In this document: positions 1 to 12,439 of the stretch, one piece after another
How positions within the stretch are numbered: the stretch's first letter is position 1
How the letters are laid out: each line of letters opens with the position of its first letter
Origin: Pedobacter sp.
GTDB lineage: Bacteria; Desulfobacterota; Desulfuromonadia; Desulfuromonadales; Syntrophotaleaceae
Reading direction: 5' to 3'
DNA: 64,000 nucleotides
Assembly: GCA_050253415.1 (NCBI GenBank)
Contig: JBFWJC010000003.1
Location: forward strand, 305,035 to 369,034
The notes under the pieces: generated by a model
Seen by the model: only the letters and a program-made list of their open reading frames with translations
What the model was told of the DNA's origin: nothing
Databases searched by the model: none
Translations under genes and position numbers: made by a program

Positions 1-556
1 TTTCCGTCAATTGTTGAGCCATCATGTCGGCGGCTTGTTGAAGGTTGCGCCTGAGACCCTTAGCGCCAAGGTAGCTGGCATTATGCGCAAACCCGGCCCC
101 GGCTCATTTAGCGCTTTTCTTGCACGGTTTCGTCAACATAGCCGGGAGTTGGGCAAACGTCAGGCTGTGGTGCCGTATATGATAGCCGGTCATCCCGGTT
201 GCACTCTTGAGGATATGGTCGACACGGCCCTGTTTCTGAAGGATCACGGGCTGCGGGTTGAACAAGTCCAGGAATTTACTCCTACCCCTGGAACTCTTGC
301 TACCTGTATGTACCATACAGGAGTGGATCCGGAGACCGGGCAGGCTGTCCATGTCGCGAAATCGCCTAAGGAAAGGCGGTTGCAAAAAGCCTTGTTGTTA
401 TCACATTTACCCGAAAACAAAAATGATGTATTGCAGGCATTGCAGGCCTGTGGACGGCAAGATGCTGCCGCACGATTGTTGGGGGACAGCCCTGTGGCAC
501 CAGGCAAAGCCGTGTCCTTACCCAGGCGATCACCAAGGCGCTCGCGTAGGAAGTAG
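1..556 (+). CDS. YgiQ/UPF0313-family radical SAM protein, C-terminal part (5' end outside window)
   Basis: [10 protein letters not shown]...[21 protein letters not shown]...ERRLQKALL matches the C-terminus of YgiQ-family radical SAM proteins. Confidence 0.85.
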   Translation, partial: FRQLLSHHVGGLLKVAPETLSAKVAGIMRKPGPGSFSAFLARFRQHSRELGKRQAVVPYMIAGHPGCTLEDMVDTALFLKDHGLRVEQVQEFTPTPGTLATCMYHTGVDPETGQAVHVAKSPKERRLQKALLLSHLPENKNDVLQALQACGRQDAAARLLGDSPVAPGKAVSLPRRSPRRSRRK

Positions 557-727
557 TACCGGGTTGGTTTTCAACCGCCTCGGATCTTCTGATTTTTGAA
601 TTTTACGGAGTTTTGGAACCGTAAAAGGATTGTTGTCGTTGCGTCTGCTGTGTCAGCGCCCGGGATTCTTGACAGGCTGTGCGGGGAAGATTACTATGAC
701 GCCCTTTGCCGGCATGGGAGATCGATC

Positions 728-916
728 ATGATGGACTTTCTGGTGACCGTTGCAGGGGTAGTGATGATTGTTGAGGGCGTTCCCTGGTTTCTTTCCCCCC
801 CGAGAATGAAACGGTTGCTGCTTGGTTTTATGGGGCTACCTGATCGCGCATTACGCAGTATGGGGTTGTTGCTGATGTTGAGCGGTTTATTCCTGGTCTA
901 CCTGGTTCGCGGCTAA
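728..916 (+). CDS. DUF2065-family small membrane protein
   Basis: MMDFLVTVAGVVMIVEGVPWFLSP...LRSMGLLLMLSG; ATG at 728 preferred to the ORF-track TTG at 596. Confidence 0.75.
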   Translation: MMDFLVTVAGVVMIVEGVPWFLSPPRMKRLLLGFMGLPDRALRSMGLLLMLSGLFLVYLVRG

Positions 917-1116
917 GGTCCAGTTGGACTTTGTCGGTTCAGTAGCTTTTCATGATTGTCAAGATGCTCAATCCGGTTCCTTATACAAAAGACGGGGTAT
1001 AAAACCAGTGCGGCAGTAGCGGGCAGGGCGGCCGATAGGCGTTGACTTTACTCCATAGGTATGTTTGATTGCTGAGGCTATTTATGCCTTACGCAGCAGA
1101 TAGGCTTCTTAGAACA

Positions 1117-3298
<2,182 letters not shown>

Positions 3299-3385
3299 AT
3301 AATCGGAAAAATTCGTTCGTATTTTGTGGTACGCTGCTAACAACCCATAACTGCAGGATCAAAAACCAATCTAAAGGAGCCGTTT

Positions 3386-3697
3386 ATGTTTTGGATTTCC
3401 GAAGCTCATGCCATGGCGTCGCCCCCCGGCGGTGAAAGCAACCCCTACGGAACGGTCATCATGCTGGTGCTGATGTTCGGTATCTTTTATTTTTTGCTGA
3501 TTCGCCCTCAGCAAAAACGTGCCAAGGAGCATAAACAACTGGTGGACGGACTCAAAGCCGGGGACCTGGTGGTTACAGCTGGTGGGCTGCACGGCAAGGT
3601 AGTCAGCGTTCAGGAGAATATCGTATCCCTGGAAGTGGCTACGGGTGTCAAGATTAAGATCAATCGTTCTTCCATCGTAAGTGTGGAACAGAACTAG
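3386..3697 (+). CDS. yajC: preprotein translocase subunit YajC
   Basis: FYFLLIRPQQKR, GDLVVTAGGLHG; AAGGAG Shine-Dalgarno; tgt-yajC-secDF synteny. Confidence 0.96.
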   Translation: MFWISEAHAMASPPGGESNPYGTVIMLVLMFGIFYFLLIRPQQKRAKEHKQLVDGLKAGDLVVTAGGLHGKVVSVQENIVSLEVATGVKIKINRSSIVSVEQN

Positions 3698-3859
3698 AAC
3701 CTTTCGGTCTTTTTGCCTTTATAACTTCTCATTGACGTTGCTGGCGCATGCCAGGTGCTATTGAAACGTTTGGGAGACCGTCCTGTTGGTACGCTCTGTG
3801 TAGATGCGCAGTGCCTGCAGGACGTACTCCATTGATTGCGAAAGGAGTAGTGACTAGCC

Positions 3860-5461
3860 ATGTCCAAGAGCATCAAGTTGCGGGGAGGGGTTGTTCTGTT
3901 TTGCCTCGCCTTGTCTTTGTTGGCTTTAATGCCGACCCTGTTTCCCAATAGTACTCCCAACTGGGTGAAGAAGAGTTTTGATCCTTTGCATCTTGGCCTC
4001 GACCTTCAGGGCGGTATGCATCTGGTGCTGGGGGTTGATGTCGACAAAGCGGTTGAAAATCGCATCGACAGTCTTGTTGATCAGGTGGAATCCGATCTCA
4101 AGGAAAAGGACGTTATTTTCAAGCGTGTCTCCCGCATCGGCAATGACCGTCTGGTGGTCGTCGTTTACGACGATGAGGCGGGTAAACAGGTTGATGCATT
4201 GATGGACGAGGGCAGTTATCGCAGCCTTGAGCCTTTGACCTTGGAGACCAGCGGCGGTTACATAGAAAAGTATTTTCGCTTTTCGGACAGTTCGGTTGCC
4301 TCCATCAAGGATAATGCTGTCAAACAAGCGCTTGAGACCTTGCGCAACCGTATCGATCAGTTCGGTGTCAGTGAAACTGTTCTGCAGCGGCAGGGTAGCG
4401 ACCGTATTCTGATTCAGTTGCCTGGAATCAAGGATCCAAAGCGGGCAGTGGCCCTGCTTGGCAAGACCGCTCTGCTTGAATTCAAAATGGTAGCCGAAAA
4501 CGTGGATCTGCAGGCTGCTGCCAAAGGGGTGTTGCCCCCGGGAACCAGTCTCCTGTCTGAGCGCCAGGTCGATGGCCGCACAGGTGTTGTGACGCACATT
4601 CCGCTGGTGGTTTACGATAAAACCGTGCTGACGGGCGATCTGGTGTCCGATGCCCAGGTACGCATCGACCCCCGCTTCAACGAACCTTATGTGTCTATCG
4701 ATTTCAATGCCGTAGGCGCCAAGCGTTTTGATCAGATCACCGCTTCGAATGTTGGCAAACGTATGGCCATCGTACTTGACGACACCGTCTACTCGGCACC
4801 GGTCATTCGTGAACGGATCTCCGGTGGCAGTGCCCAGATTTCAGGTTCCTTCGATGAACAGGAAGCCATGGATCTGGCCATTGTGCTACGGGCAGGGTCT
4901 TTGCCGGCACCGGTTACGATTCTCGAAAATAGAACTGTTGGACCGTCCCTCGGTCAGGACTCTATCCATCGCGGTATCTTGTCGGTAGTCATCGGCGGCA
5001 TTGCGCTGGTCCTGGTCATGGGGATTTACTACAATCTGGCCGGTATCGTTGCCAATCTGGCCCTGGTGCTTAACCTGTTATTCATCATGGCCATGTTGAG
5101 CCTGTTCAAGGCCAGTCTGACCCTGCCGGGTATCGGTGGCATCGTGCTTACCCTCGGGATGGCGGTCGATGCCAACGTGCTTATCTATGAACGTATTCGC
5201 GAAGAGTTGCGTCTTGGCAAATCTGCGCGTAACGCTCTGGAAGCCGGTTATAGCAAGGCCTTTTTGACCATCATGGATGCGAATATCACTACGTTGATCG
5301 CAGCCCTGGTTCTGTTCCAGTTCGGTACCGGGCCCGTTAAAGGCTTCGCGGTAACCCTGTGCATCGGGATCGTGGCTTCGCTGTTTACAGCAATTTTCGT
5401 ATCGCGTGTTGTTTTCGACTTTTTCCTGGAACGTTACCAGGTCAAGCGGCTGAGTATATAA
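3860..5461 (+). CDS. secD: protein translocase subunit SecD
   Basis: LGLDLQGG, RIDQFGVSE, GPSLG, GMAVDANVLIYERIREE. Confidence 0.98.
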   Translation: MSKSIKLRGGVVLFCLALSLLALMPTLFPNSTPNWVKKSFDPLHLGLDLQGGMHLVLGVDVDKAVENRIDSLVDQVESDLKEKDVIFKRVSRIGNDRLVVVVYDDEAGKQVDALMDEGSYRSLEPLTLETSGGYIEKYFRFSDSSVASIKDNAVKQALETLRNRIDQFGVSETVLQRQGSDRILIQLPGIKDPKRAVALLGKTALLEFKMVAENVDLQAAAKGVLPPGTSLLSERQVDGRTGVVTHIPLVVYDKTVLTGDLVSDAQVRIDPRFNEPYVSIDFNAVGAKRFDQITASNVGKRMAIVLDDTVYSAPVIRERISGGSAQISGSFDEQEAMDLAIVLRAGSLPAPVTILENRTVGPSLGQDSIHRGILSVVIGGIALVLVMGIYYNLAGIVANLALVLNLLFIMAMLSLFKASLTLPGIGGIVLTLGMAVDANVLIYERIREELRLGKSARNALEAGYSKAFLTIMDANITTLIAALVLFQFGTGPVKGFAVTLCIGIVASLFTAIFVSRVVFDFFLERYQVKRLSI

Positions 5462-5470
5462 GGGGGCAGC

Positions 5471-6397
5471 ATGGAGATCATCAAGCATGATATCAATATT
5501 AATTTTGTTGGTCGGCGTAAACTTGCGCTGATCTTCTCTTTGTTGCTGATTGTGGCCGGCATGGTTTCCCTTGTCGCCAAGGGTGGTCCTGAGTACGGCA
5601 TCGATTTTTCCGGTGGTACTCTTATTCAGGTCAAATTCGCTCAGCCCACCAACGCCAAGGAGATTAAAAATGCTCTTCAGGACATGGATCTAAAAGGTTT
5701 GGTGGTTCAGAAGTTCGAGGAGGCATCTCAGGAATTTCTGTTGCGTGCCCAGGAGACCAGTTCAGAACTGGAGGGCTTGGGGCAGCAGATCGGTACGCAT
5801 CTGCAAAAATCCTACGGTGACGGTGCGGTTGAAATCCGTCGTGTGGAAATGGTTGGACCTCAGGTCGGTAAGGACCTGCGCAAAAAGGGGCTCATGGCCA
5901 TTATTTTTGCCATGGTTGGTGTGCTGATCTATGTCACTATTCGATTTGAATTTCGGTTTGCGGTCGGAGCTATAGTAGCCCTGGTACATGATGTGCTCAT
6001 TACTCTGGGTGCCTTCTCCATATTCGGCAAGGAAATCGACTTGCCGATTATTGCCGCGTTCCTGGCGATTATCGGTTATTCGCTCAACGATACGATCATT
6101 GTGTACGACCGTATTCGCGAAAATTCCGGCAAGCACAGCAAGGACGAGTTCCCGGCTATCATTAATGCCAGTATCAACGAAACCATGTCACGTACTATCC
6201 TTACCTCCGGTACGACATTGTTGGTTATCCTGGCACTATTCCTTTTCGGAGGCGGGGTAATCCATAATTTCGCCTTTGCCATGCTGATCGGAGTTGTGGT
6301 GGGTACCTATTCATCCATTTTTGTCGCCAGCCCCGTTCTTTTGTTCTGGGATGATTTTAAATCTCGTCGCCAGGCAGCGGCCGAAAAGGCTTCTTGA
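5471..6397 (+). CDS. secF: protein translocase subunit SecF
   Basis: GIDFSGG, VGPQVG, GYSLNDTIIVYDRIRE. Confidence 0.98.
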   Translation: MEIIKHDININFVGRRKLALIFSLLLIVAGMVSLVAKGGPEYGIDFSGGTLIQVKFAQPTNAKEIKNALQDMDLKGLVVQKFEEASQEFLLRAQETSSELEGLGQQIGTHLQKSYGDGAVEIRRVEMVGPQVGKDLRKKGLMAIIFAMVGVLIYVTIRFEFRFAVGAIVALVHDVLITLGAFSIFGKEIDLPIIAAFLAIIGYSLNDTIIVYDRIRENSGKHSKDEFPAIINASINETMSRTILTSGTTLLVILALFLFGGGVIHNFAFAMLIGVVVGTYSSIFVASPVLLFWDDFKSRRQAAAEKAS

Positions 6398-6425
6398 TAC
6401 CGGGATCTTCCCTGTATGTTTTATT

Positions 6426-6454
6426 GGGCCGGGGGGTATCCTCTCGGCCCTTTT
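6426..6454 (+). terminator. GC-rich hairpin with T-tail after secF
   Basis: GGGCCGGGGG-gtatc-CTCTCGGCCC followed by TTTT. Confidence 0.5.
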
Positions 6455-6489
6455 GCATTTTTACCCTGAAATGAGATGTCTGAGGTCCT

Positions 6490-8214
6490 ATGACTGAATT
6501 TCCTAACAAACTTTGGCTGGAACGAAGCAACAGTGAATGCCTTGATAGCGAAGATTTACAGCGATCGCTAGGGATTTCCCGCATTACTGCAGAAGCTTTG
6601 TTGAGGCGGGAACTGAGCTCTCTGGATGAGGTTCAGGCATTTTTGCAGGCCAGATTGTCGAGCATGCCAGATCCTTACCTTATGGCGGATATGGGGAAGG
6701 CGGTTGAGCGCCTTGGAAAAGCGGTGCGCGATGGGGAAGGCATTTCGGTTCATGGCGATTATGATGTCGACGGGGTAACGGGTACCGCCTTGCTGGTGGA
6801 AACGCTTCGGGCTTTCGGAGCCCGGGTTGATTATTCCATCCCGTTGCGCTTGCGGGACGGATACGGTGTTTCAGACAGGGCGCTTGAGTCCTGCGCTGGC
6901 AGCGGGGCGGCACTTGTGATTACCGTCGATTGTGGAATCTCAGCCCATGCTCAGGCGGAAAGGGCAAGGGAGCTGGGACTCGATCTTATTATTACCGATC
7001 ATCACCAGCCACCGGATATCCTGCCTGAGGCTTTGGCGATTCTGAATCCCGCCCGTTCCGATTGCCCTTTTCCATTTAAAAGCCTCGCCGGGGTCGGTGT
7101 GGTTTTCATGTTGCTTGTTGCGTTGCGAAAACATTTGCGCGAGTCGGGATATCGCAATAACCAACCCGAACCTGATTTGCGCTTTGGGCTTGACCTTGTC
7201 GCATTGGGCACCATCGCCGATATCGTTCCTCTTAAGGGGCTCAATCGAGCCCTTACCAAAGCCGGTTTGGAGTTGTTGTCGCATTCCGGCAGGGCCGGAT
7301 TGCAGGCGCTTAAAAAGGTGGCAGGGGTTGAGAAGGTAAACTGCGGAACTGTCGGCTTCCGATTGGCTCCGCGCATCAATGCGGCAGGTCGTTTGGAGGA
7401 TGCCGCTGTCGGGGTGGAATTGTTGCTTGGGTCATCGGTTGCAGGGGCGATGCCTACAGCTGAGTTGCTCGATCAGGTCAATAGTGAACGTCAGACCATC
7501 GAACAGCAGACACTGGAACAGGCCGATGAACGCTGGCAACAACAGTCGGAAGGCGCTACCCACAGTATCGTTCTCGCCGATGAACGTTGGCATCCCGGTG
7601 TAATCGGCATAGTCGCCAGTCGTTTGGTCGAGAAATACCACCGGCCGACAATTCTTATTGCCCTGAATAATGGGGTTGGAAAAGGTTCGGGACGATCGAT
7701 AAAGGGATTGCACCTCTACCGGGCCTTGGCTGACTGTGGACCTTTTTTACAAGGCTTCGGTGGTCATGAGTATGCTGCGGGCCTCACCATCGATGCCGAT
7801 AAGGTAGCGAAATTTGCCCGCATGTTTGAAGACCTTGCTCGTCAACGACTATCAGCCGAAGACCTGCTGCCTCGTCAGTTTTACGATGGTGAGGTTTCGC
7901 TTGAGGATCTCGATCTCGATGCAGTTGACGAACTGTCCAGATTGGCTCCGTTTGGTGCTGGAAACCCGCAGCCGGTTTATCTGGTGCGTGGGGTATTTGT
8001 GCAGGGGGCTCAAGTGATTGGTGGAAGCCACCTGCGGTTTGTGGCGTGCCAGGGTGCACACGGTCTGCCCTGTATTGCTTTTGGCATGGGTGCGCTGCAT
8101 GATCGTTTATCAGGTCCTCAGGATATTCTTTTTACTCCTCAGCGTAATGATTGGCGAGGCAAGTCGTCCTTGCAGTTGCAGGTGCGGGATATCCGTCCGA
8201 CTAGCCTTACTTGA
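6490..8214 (+). CDS. recJ: single-stranded-DNA-specific exonuclease RecJ
   Basis: GDYDVDG, ITVDCG, ITDHH, GTIADIVPL, PRINAAGR, GSGRS, GGH motifs. Confidence 0.97.
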   Translation: MTEFPNKLWLERSNSECLDSEDLQRSLGISRITAEALLRRELSSLDEVQAFLQARLSSMPDPYLMADMGKAVERLGKAVRDGEGISVHGDYDVDGVTGTALLVETLRAFGARVDYSIPLRLRDGYGVSDRALESCAGSGAALVITVDCGISAHAQAERARELGLDLIITDHHQPPDILPEALAILNPARSDCPFPFKSLAGVGVVFMLLVALRKHLRESGYRNNQPEPDLRFGLDLVALGTIADIVPLKGLNRALTKAGLELLSHSGRAGLQALKKVAGVEKVNCGTVGFRLAPRINAAGRLEDAAVGVELLLGSSVAGAMPTAELLDQVNSERQTIEQQTLEQADERWQQQSEGATHSIVLADERWHPGVIGIVASRLVEKYHRPTILIALNNGVGKGSGRSIKGLHLYRALADCGPFLQGFGGHEYAAGLTIDADKVAKFARMFEDLARQRLSAEDLLPRQFYDGEVSLEDLDLDAVDELSRLAPFGAGNPQPVYLVRGVFVQGAQVIGGSHLRFVACQGAHGLPCIAFGMGALHDRLSGPQDILFTPQRNDWRGKSSLQLQVRDIRPTSLT

Positions 8215-8324
8215 TCTTGCTTTTATCGGCTTTTTTTATATCTCATGCGGTATCCCAGAATTTTTTCCGCGGTACGTTATTCTGTACAGGGTTGGCATCC
8301 TTTTACTGAAACGGAGGTGGTGTT

Positions 8325-8876
8325 ATGACTCTGGCTTACTCGCAGGATATGCCCCTTGGTCGCAAAATGCCGTCATTTCGTCTGAAGGACCCCGAAGGAC
8401 GCGTTTTTGACAGCGATGAACTGATCGGACGTAAAGGCCTTTTGGTTGTTTTTACCTGCAACCATTGTCCTTATGCTGGAGCACAATGGCCACGGATCGT
8501 GCGTTTGGCTACCGAATTCCAGCCCAGGGGCATTTCTACCGTTGCCATCAATAGTAATATTCACCCTGACTATCCGGAAGATGCCCCGGCGCGGATGAAG
8601 CATAAAATAGCTGAACTGCACCTGGAATTTCCTTACCTTGTTGACGATACACAACAAGTGGCCCGCGATTTTGCGGCGCAATGTACGCCGGATCCTTACT
8701 TGTTTGACGGGGATGGATGTCTTGTGTATCACGGTCGGATCGACGATAACTGGAAGACCGAACGGGAGGTGACGCGGCAGGAGTTGAGGGCTGCTATGGA
8801 AGCACTTGTGCATGGCGCGCCGCCGCTGGCGGTTCAGTCACCATCTATGGGATGTTCCATTAAATGGCGCCAGTAA
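8325..8876 (+). CDS. thioredoxin-like AhpC/TSA redoxin family protein
   Basis: FTCNHCPY, YHGRIDD, PSMGCSIKW; GGAGG Shine-Dalgarno. Confidence 0.9.
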   Translation: MTLAYSQDMPLGRKMPSFRLKDPEGRVFDSDELIGRKGLLVVFTCNHCPYAGAQWPRIVRLATEFQPRGISTVAINSNIHPDYPEDAPARMKHKIAELHLEFPYLVDDTQQVARDFAAQCTPDPYLFDGDGCLVYHGRIDDNWKTEREVTRQELRAAMEALVHGAPPLAVQSPSMGCSIKWRQ

Positions 8877-8964
8877 GGGCTGTTGGAGCGGTCAACGTGG
8901 TGCTGATGCCTACTTCTTTGTGCGAAACGCTTAAACAATGAACCGCACGGGAACCCGGTTGATC

Positions 8965-8999
8965 AAAAAAGCCCGGAGGAAGCGTCCTCCGGGCTTTTT
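8965..8999. terminator. bidirectional intrinsic terminator between convergent genes
   Basis: AAAAAAGCCCGGAGGA-agcg-TCCTCCGGGCTTTTT. Confidence 0.85.
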
Positions 9000-9018
9000 A
9001 GTTTTGCATGGTCCCGGT

Positions 9019-10209
9019 TCAGATCAGGCCGGCGTCTCGGGCGACCTTTTCCCAGGCGGGAAGGCTTGCTTGAATGGTCTCCATGGGCACGCAATAGGCG
9101 ATGCGGAAAAATCCCGGCGCGCCGAAACCCTGCCCCGGAACGACCAGTATGCGGTGTTCCTGGGTCATGCGGGCGAAGGCTACGTCGTCTTTGAGGGGAG
9201 ATTCGGGAAACAAGTAGAAGCCTCCCTGGGGCTCCACCATCCGGAAGCCAAGACCGGTAAGGTGATTGTAGAGCACGTCACGCTTGGCCTGGTAGTCGGA
9301 AATGTCGACTCTTTCTTCCTGCAAGCCGGCGACCAGGCGTTGCATGAGGGCCGGAGCATTGACGAAGCCCAAAACGCGATTGCAGAAAATCGCGCCTTCC
9401 ATGAATTTCTGCACATCGTCCATGGCCGGATTGGCGGCCAGGTAGCCGATACGCTCGCCGGGCAAGGCAAGATCCTTGGAGTGGGATGTAACGATAATGG
9501 CATTTCGCACATGGGAAAAGATACAGGGCACCGTGGCCTGGTCGTAGGTCAGGCGTGCATAAGGTTCGTCCGACAACACGAACAGGGTGCGGTTCAGCTC
9601 TTTTTCTTTACGTTCGAGCATCTCGCCGAGGGCTTTAAGGTCTTCCGGCGGATAGATGACCCCGGTGGGGTTGTTGGGTGAATTGATAATGATGGCCCGG
9701 GTTTTAGGGCCGATAGCGGCTTCTATGGCGTTGATATCGAGCTGAAAACTGTCGGCACGGGTATGAACGGTTTTGGTAGTGCCTCCATGATTGTCGACAT
9801 AGAAGATATATTCAACGAAATAGGGGGCAAGGATCAAGACTTCGTCGCCGGGATCGAGAATCGTCTTGAGCGTAACGTTAAGTGCCCCGCCGGCACCGCA
9901 AGTCATGATGATATGCTGCGCCTCAACCGTGGCAGGTGCTGTGCGCGACAGATGCTGCGCCACAGCTGCCCGGGTTTCCGGATAACCGGCGTTGTTCATA
10001 TAGCGGTGCATGCCTGGCTGCGGGTTCTGCGCCAGAGTCAGCAGTGCCTTGTTAAATGCCTCGGGAGGTTCGGTGGAAGGGTTGCCAAGGGTAAAGTCGA
10101 ACACCTGATCTTCGCCGTGGATGGCTTTGAGGCGTGTGCCTTCTTCGAACATCTTGCGAATCCATGATGCCCGTTCAATGAATCCGGAAATCTTACTGGA
10201 AATTGCCAT
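9019..10209 (-). CDS. PLP-dependent class I/II (aspartate-type) aminotransferase
   Basis: MAISSK..SWIRKMFEEG, NSPNNPTG, SDEPY, SHSKDLALPGERIG; AGGGAGG Shine-Dalgarno before ATG at 10209. Confidence 0.93.
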   Translation of the reverse strand: MAISSKISGFIERASWIRKMFEEGTRLKAIHGEDQVFDFTLGNPSTEPPEAFNKALLTLAQNPQPGMHRYMNNAGYPETRAAVAQHLSRTAPATVEAQHIIMTCGAGGALNVTLKTILDPGDEVLILAPYFVEYIFYVDNHGGTTKTVHTRADSFQLDINAIEAAIGPKTRAIIINSPNNPTGVIYPPEDLKALGEMLERKEKELNRTLFVLSDEPYARLTYDQATVPCIFSHVRNAIIVTSHSKDLALPGERIGYLAANPAMDDVQKFMEGAIFCNRVLGFVNAPALMQRLVAGLQEERVDISDYQAKRDVLYNHLTGLGFRMVEPQGGFYLFPESPLKDDVAFARMTQEHRILVVPGQGFGAPGFFRIAYCVPMETIQASLPAWEKVARDAGLI

Positions 10210-10360
10210 GGGTCCTCCCTTATCGAAAGCATATTTGATCATTTCGTCGCAGTGTAATTCCTGAGACATAACGGGTCAAGGAATAAGGTTTGATGCAGGC
10301 TTTCGTTTGCTTTTTGTGCATGGATAGGCTAATCTTTCAAGCCAAAATTCTCTGGGTGGA

Positions 10361-11449
10361 GTGACCATGATAAAAAACGACTCAAACATTTTAGCTGTAC
10401 TGCGTCAGAAGATTGATGCTGTTGACGACCAGATTCTGTCCCTTCTTAATCAGCGGGCTTGTCTCGCGCAGGAGATAGGTCATGCCAAGGCAGGTCAGGG
10501 GCTCGATTACTATAACCCCGGCCGTGAACTTGCGGTGTTTGAACGTCTTATTGCCCAGAACAGCGGACCTTTTCCCTCTGAGGCTATCCGGCGTGTGTTT
10601 AGAGAGATTATCTCCGCATCGTTGTCGCTCGAACAGCCTATCAAGGTTGCTTTCCTTGGACCGGCAGCGACTTTTACCCACCAGGCCTCTCAGCGGCAGT
10701 TCGGGTTTTCCGCACAATTGACGGCGCAGAAAAGTATCCCCGCCGTATTTGAAGAGGTGCGCAGGGGACGCGCCGATTACGGGGTGGTCCCGGTTGAAAA
10801 TACCACCGAAGGCATCGTGTCGCATACGCTTGACATGTTCATTGAATCCGATCTTATGATCAATGCCGAAATTCTTCTGGAAATCTCCCATGATCTCCTG
10901 TCTCTTACCGGGAACATGGAGGATATTCGCAAGGTCATGTCGCATCCCCAGGCTTTGGCTCAATGCCGCCACTGGCTTGAGGAGAATCTCCCTGATGTGC
11001 CCTTGCTCGATGCTCCCAGTACGGCTATGGCGGCACGCCAGGCAGCGGAGGATCCCAGCACGGCGGCCATTGCCAGTGAGATCGCCGCGTCTCTGTACGG
11101 ATTGCGCACCGTCAAACCAAGAATTCAGGATAACACCAACAATGTAACCCGCTTTCTGGTTGTCGGACGCAAACTGACGGGACGCACCGGACATGACAAA
11201 ACCTCGGTTATGTTCATCGTTGCAGATGAGCCTGGCATCCTCGCCAGAATGCTTGAACCGTTCAGCAGTCGGGGTATTAACCTCGCCAAGATTGAAAGTC
11301 GTCCTATTAAGTCCAAGGCATGGGAGTATGTATTCTTTCTTGATCTGGAAGGGCATGTCGAGGATGTTGCTATCAGTGAGGCCCTGGCCGACCTGAAAGC
11401 CTGCTGTCGTTCCTTCAAGATTCTTGGTTCTTATCCTCGTTGTCGTTGA
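10361..11449 (+). CDS. pheA: chorismate mutase/prephenate dehydratase
   Basis: LRQKIDAVD chorismate mutase domain; VPVENTTEG, SHPQALAQC, NVTRFLVVG, KIESRP. Confidence 0.96.
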   Translation: MTMIKNDSNILAVLRQKIDAVDDQILSLLNQRACLAQEIGHAKAGQGLDYYNPGRELAVFERLIAQNSGPFPSEAIRRVFREIISASLSLEQPIKVAFLGPAATFTHQASQRQFGFSAQLTAQKSIPAVFEEVRRGRADYGVVPVENTTEGIVSHTLDMFIESDLMINAEILLEISHDLLSLTGNMEDIRKVMSHPQALAQCRHWLEENLPDVPLLDAPSTAMAARQAAEDPSTAAIASEIAASLYGLRTVKPRIQDNTNNVTRFLVVGRKLTGRTGHDKTSVMFIVADEPGILARMLEPFSSRGINLAKIESRPIKSKAWEYVFFLDLEGHVEDVAISEALADLKACCRSFKILGSYPRCR

Positions 11450-11490
11450 ATTTTTGATTAAATTTTTCCATATAGGTGTGGATATTTGAC

Positions 11491-12357
11491 ATGGCGGAAT
11501 TTTTTGTTCCCAAATTGGCTGTGGTCGGTGTCGGTCTTATCGGTGGCTCTTTTGCCCTGGCGCTTAAAGAGGCTGGCCTGGTCGGCGAGATCGTCGGTAT
11601 CGGCCGGGGCCGGGCTAACCTGGAGACGGCTCGCGAAAAAGGCATCATCGATGCCTTTACGCATTCCTTGTCCGAAGGTGTTGCTGGAGCTGATGTGGTT
11701 TTTTTATCGACCCCTGTGCAGACCCTGTCCAAGGTTGCATCGGAGGTCTTGCCCCATATGAAGCCCGGGTCTATTCTGACGGATGGTGGTAGCGTCAAAG
11801 CGGATGTTATCGCGGCTATTGAGCCGATGCTGCCCGCAGATGTTCATTTTGTGCCCGGGCATCCTGTGGCCGGCACGGAACAGAGTGGGGCCGCAGCGGC
11901 CTTTGCGACACTCTACCAGGGGCGTCGATGCATACTGACCCCGACTTCCCGTACCTCTCCCGACGCTCTGGCGAAGATAAAACATCTGTGGCAAGCTGCC
12001 GGTAGTGAAGTGGTTGTCATGACACCGGAAAAACACGACCGGATTCTTGCGGCCATCAGCCATCTGCCGCATATGGTTGCCTACGCCCTGGTCGATGCCG
12101 TTGGCAATTGCAGTGATGAGAATGAAAATATCCTCAATTATTCGGCAGGCGGGTTTCGAGATTTTACCCGTATAGCGTCTTCCGATCCGACCATGTGGCG
12201 GGATATCGCTCTGAGCAATCGTACTGCCTTGCTGGAAGTGATCGAAAACTTTGAAAAAAGTCTGGCTGAAGTCAAGCAGGATATTGCCGCTGGTAACGGC
12301 GAGGGATTGTATGAGTTTTTTCTGCGTTCCAAGCAGAGGCGAGATGCCATTATTTAA
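11491..12357 (+). CDS. tyrA: prephenate dehydrogenase
   Basis: GVGLIGGS, TDGGSVK, GHPVAGTE, HDRILAAISHLPH, RIASSDPTMWRDI. Confidence 0.95.
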   Translation: MAEFFVPKLAVVGVGLIGGSFALALKEAGLVGEIVGIGRGRANLETAREKGIIDAFTHSLSEGVAGADVVFLSTPVQTLSKVASEVLPHMKPGSILTDGGSVKADVIAAIEPMLPADVHFVPGHPVAGTEQSGAAAAFATLYQGRRCILTPTSRTSPDALAKIKHLWQAAGSEVVVMTPEKHDRILAAISHLPHMVAYALVDAVGNCSDENENILNYSAGGFRDFTRIASSDPTMWRDIALSNRTALLEVIENFEKSLAEVKQDIAAGNGEGLYEFFLRSKQRRDAII

Positions 12358-12439
12358 AATGTGTGCGATTGACTGTATGGATGAAATCTTACTCTGGGGT
12401 CCTGATGGTATCTCAAGCAAATAGCACGTTGGGGGAGCA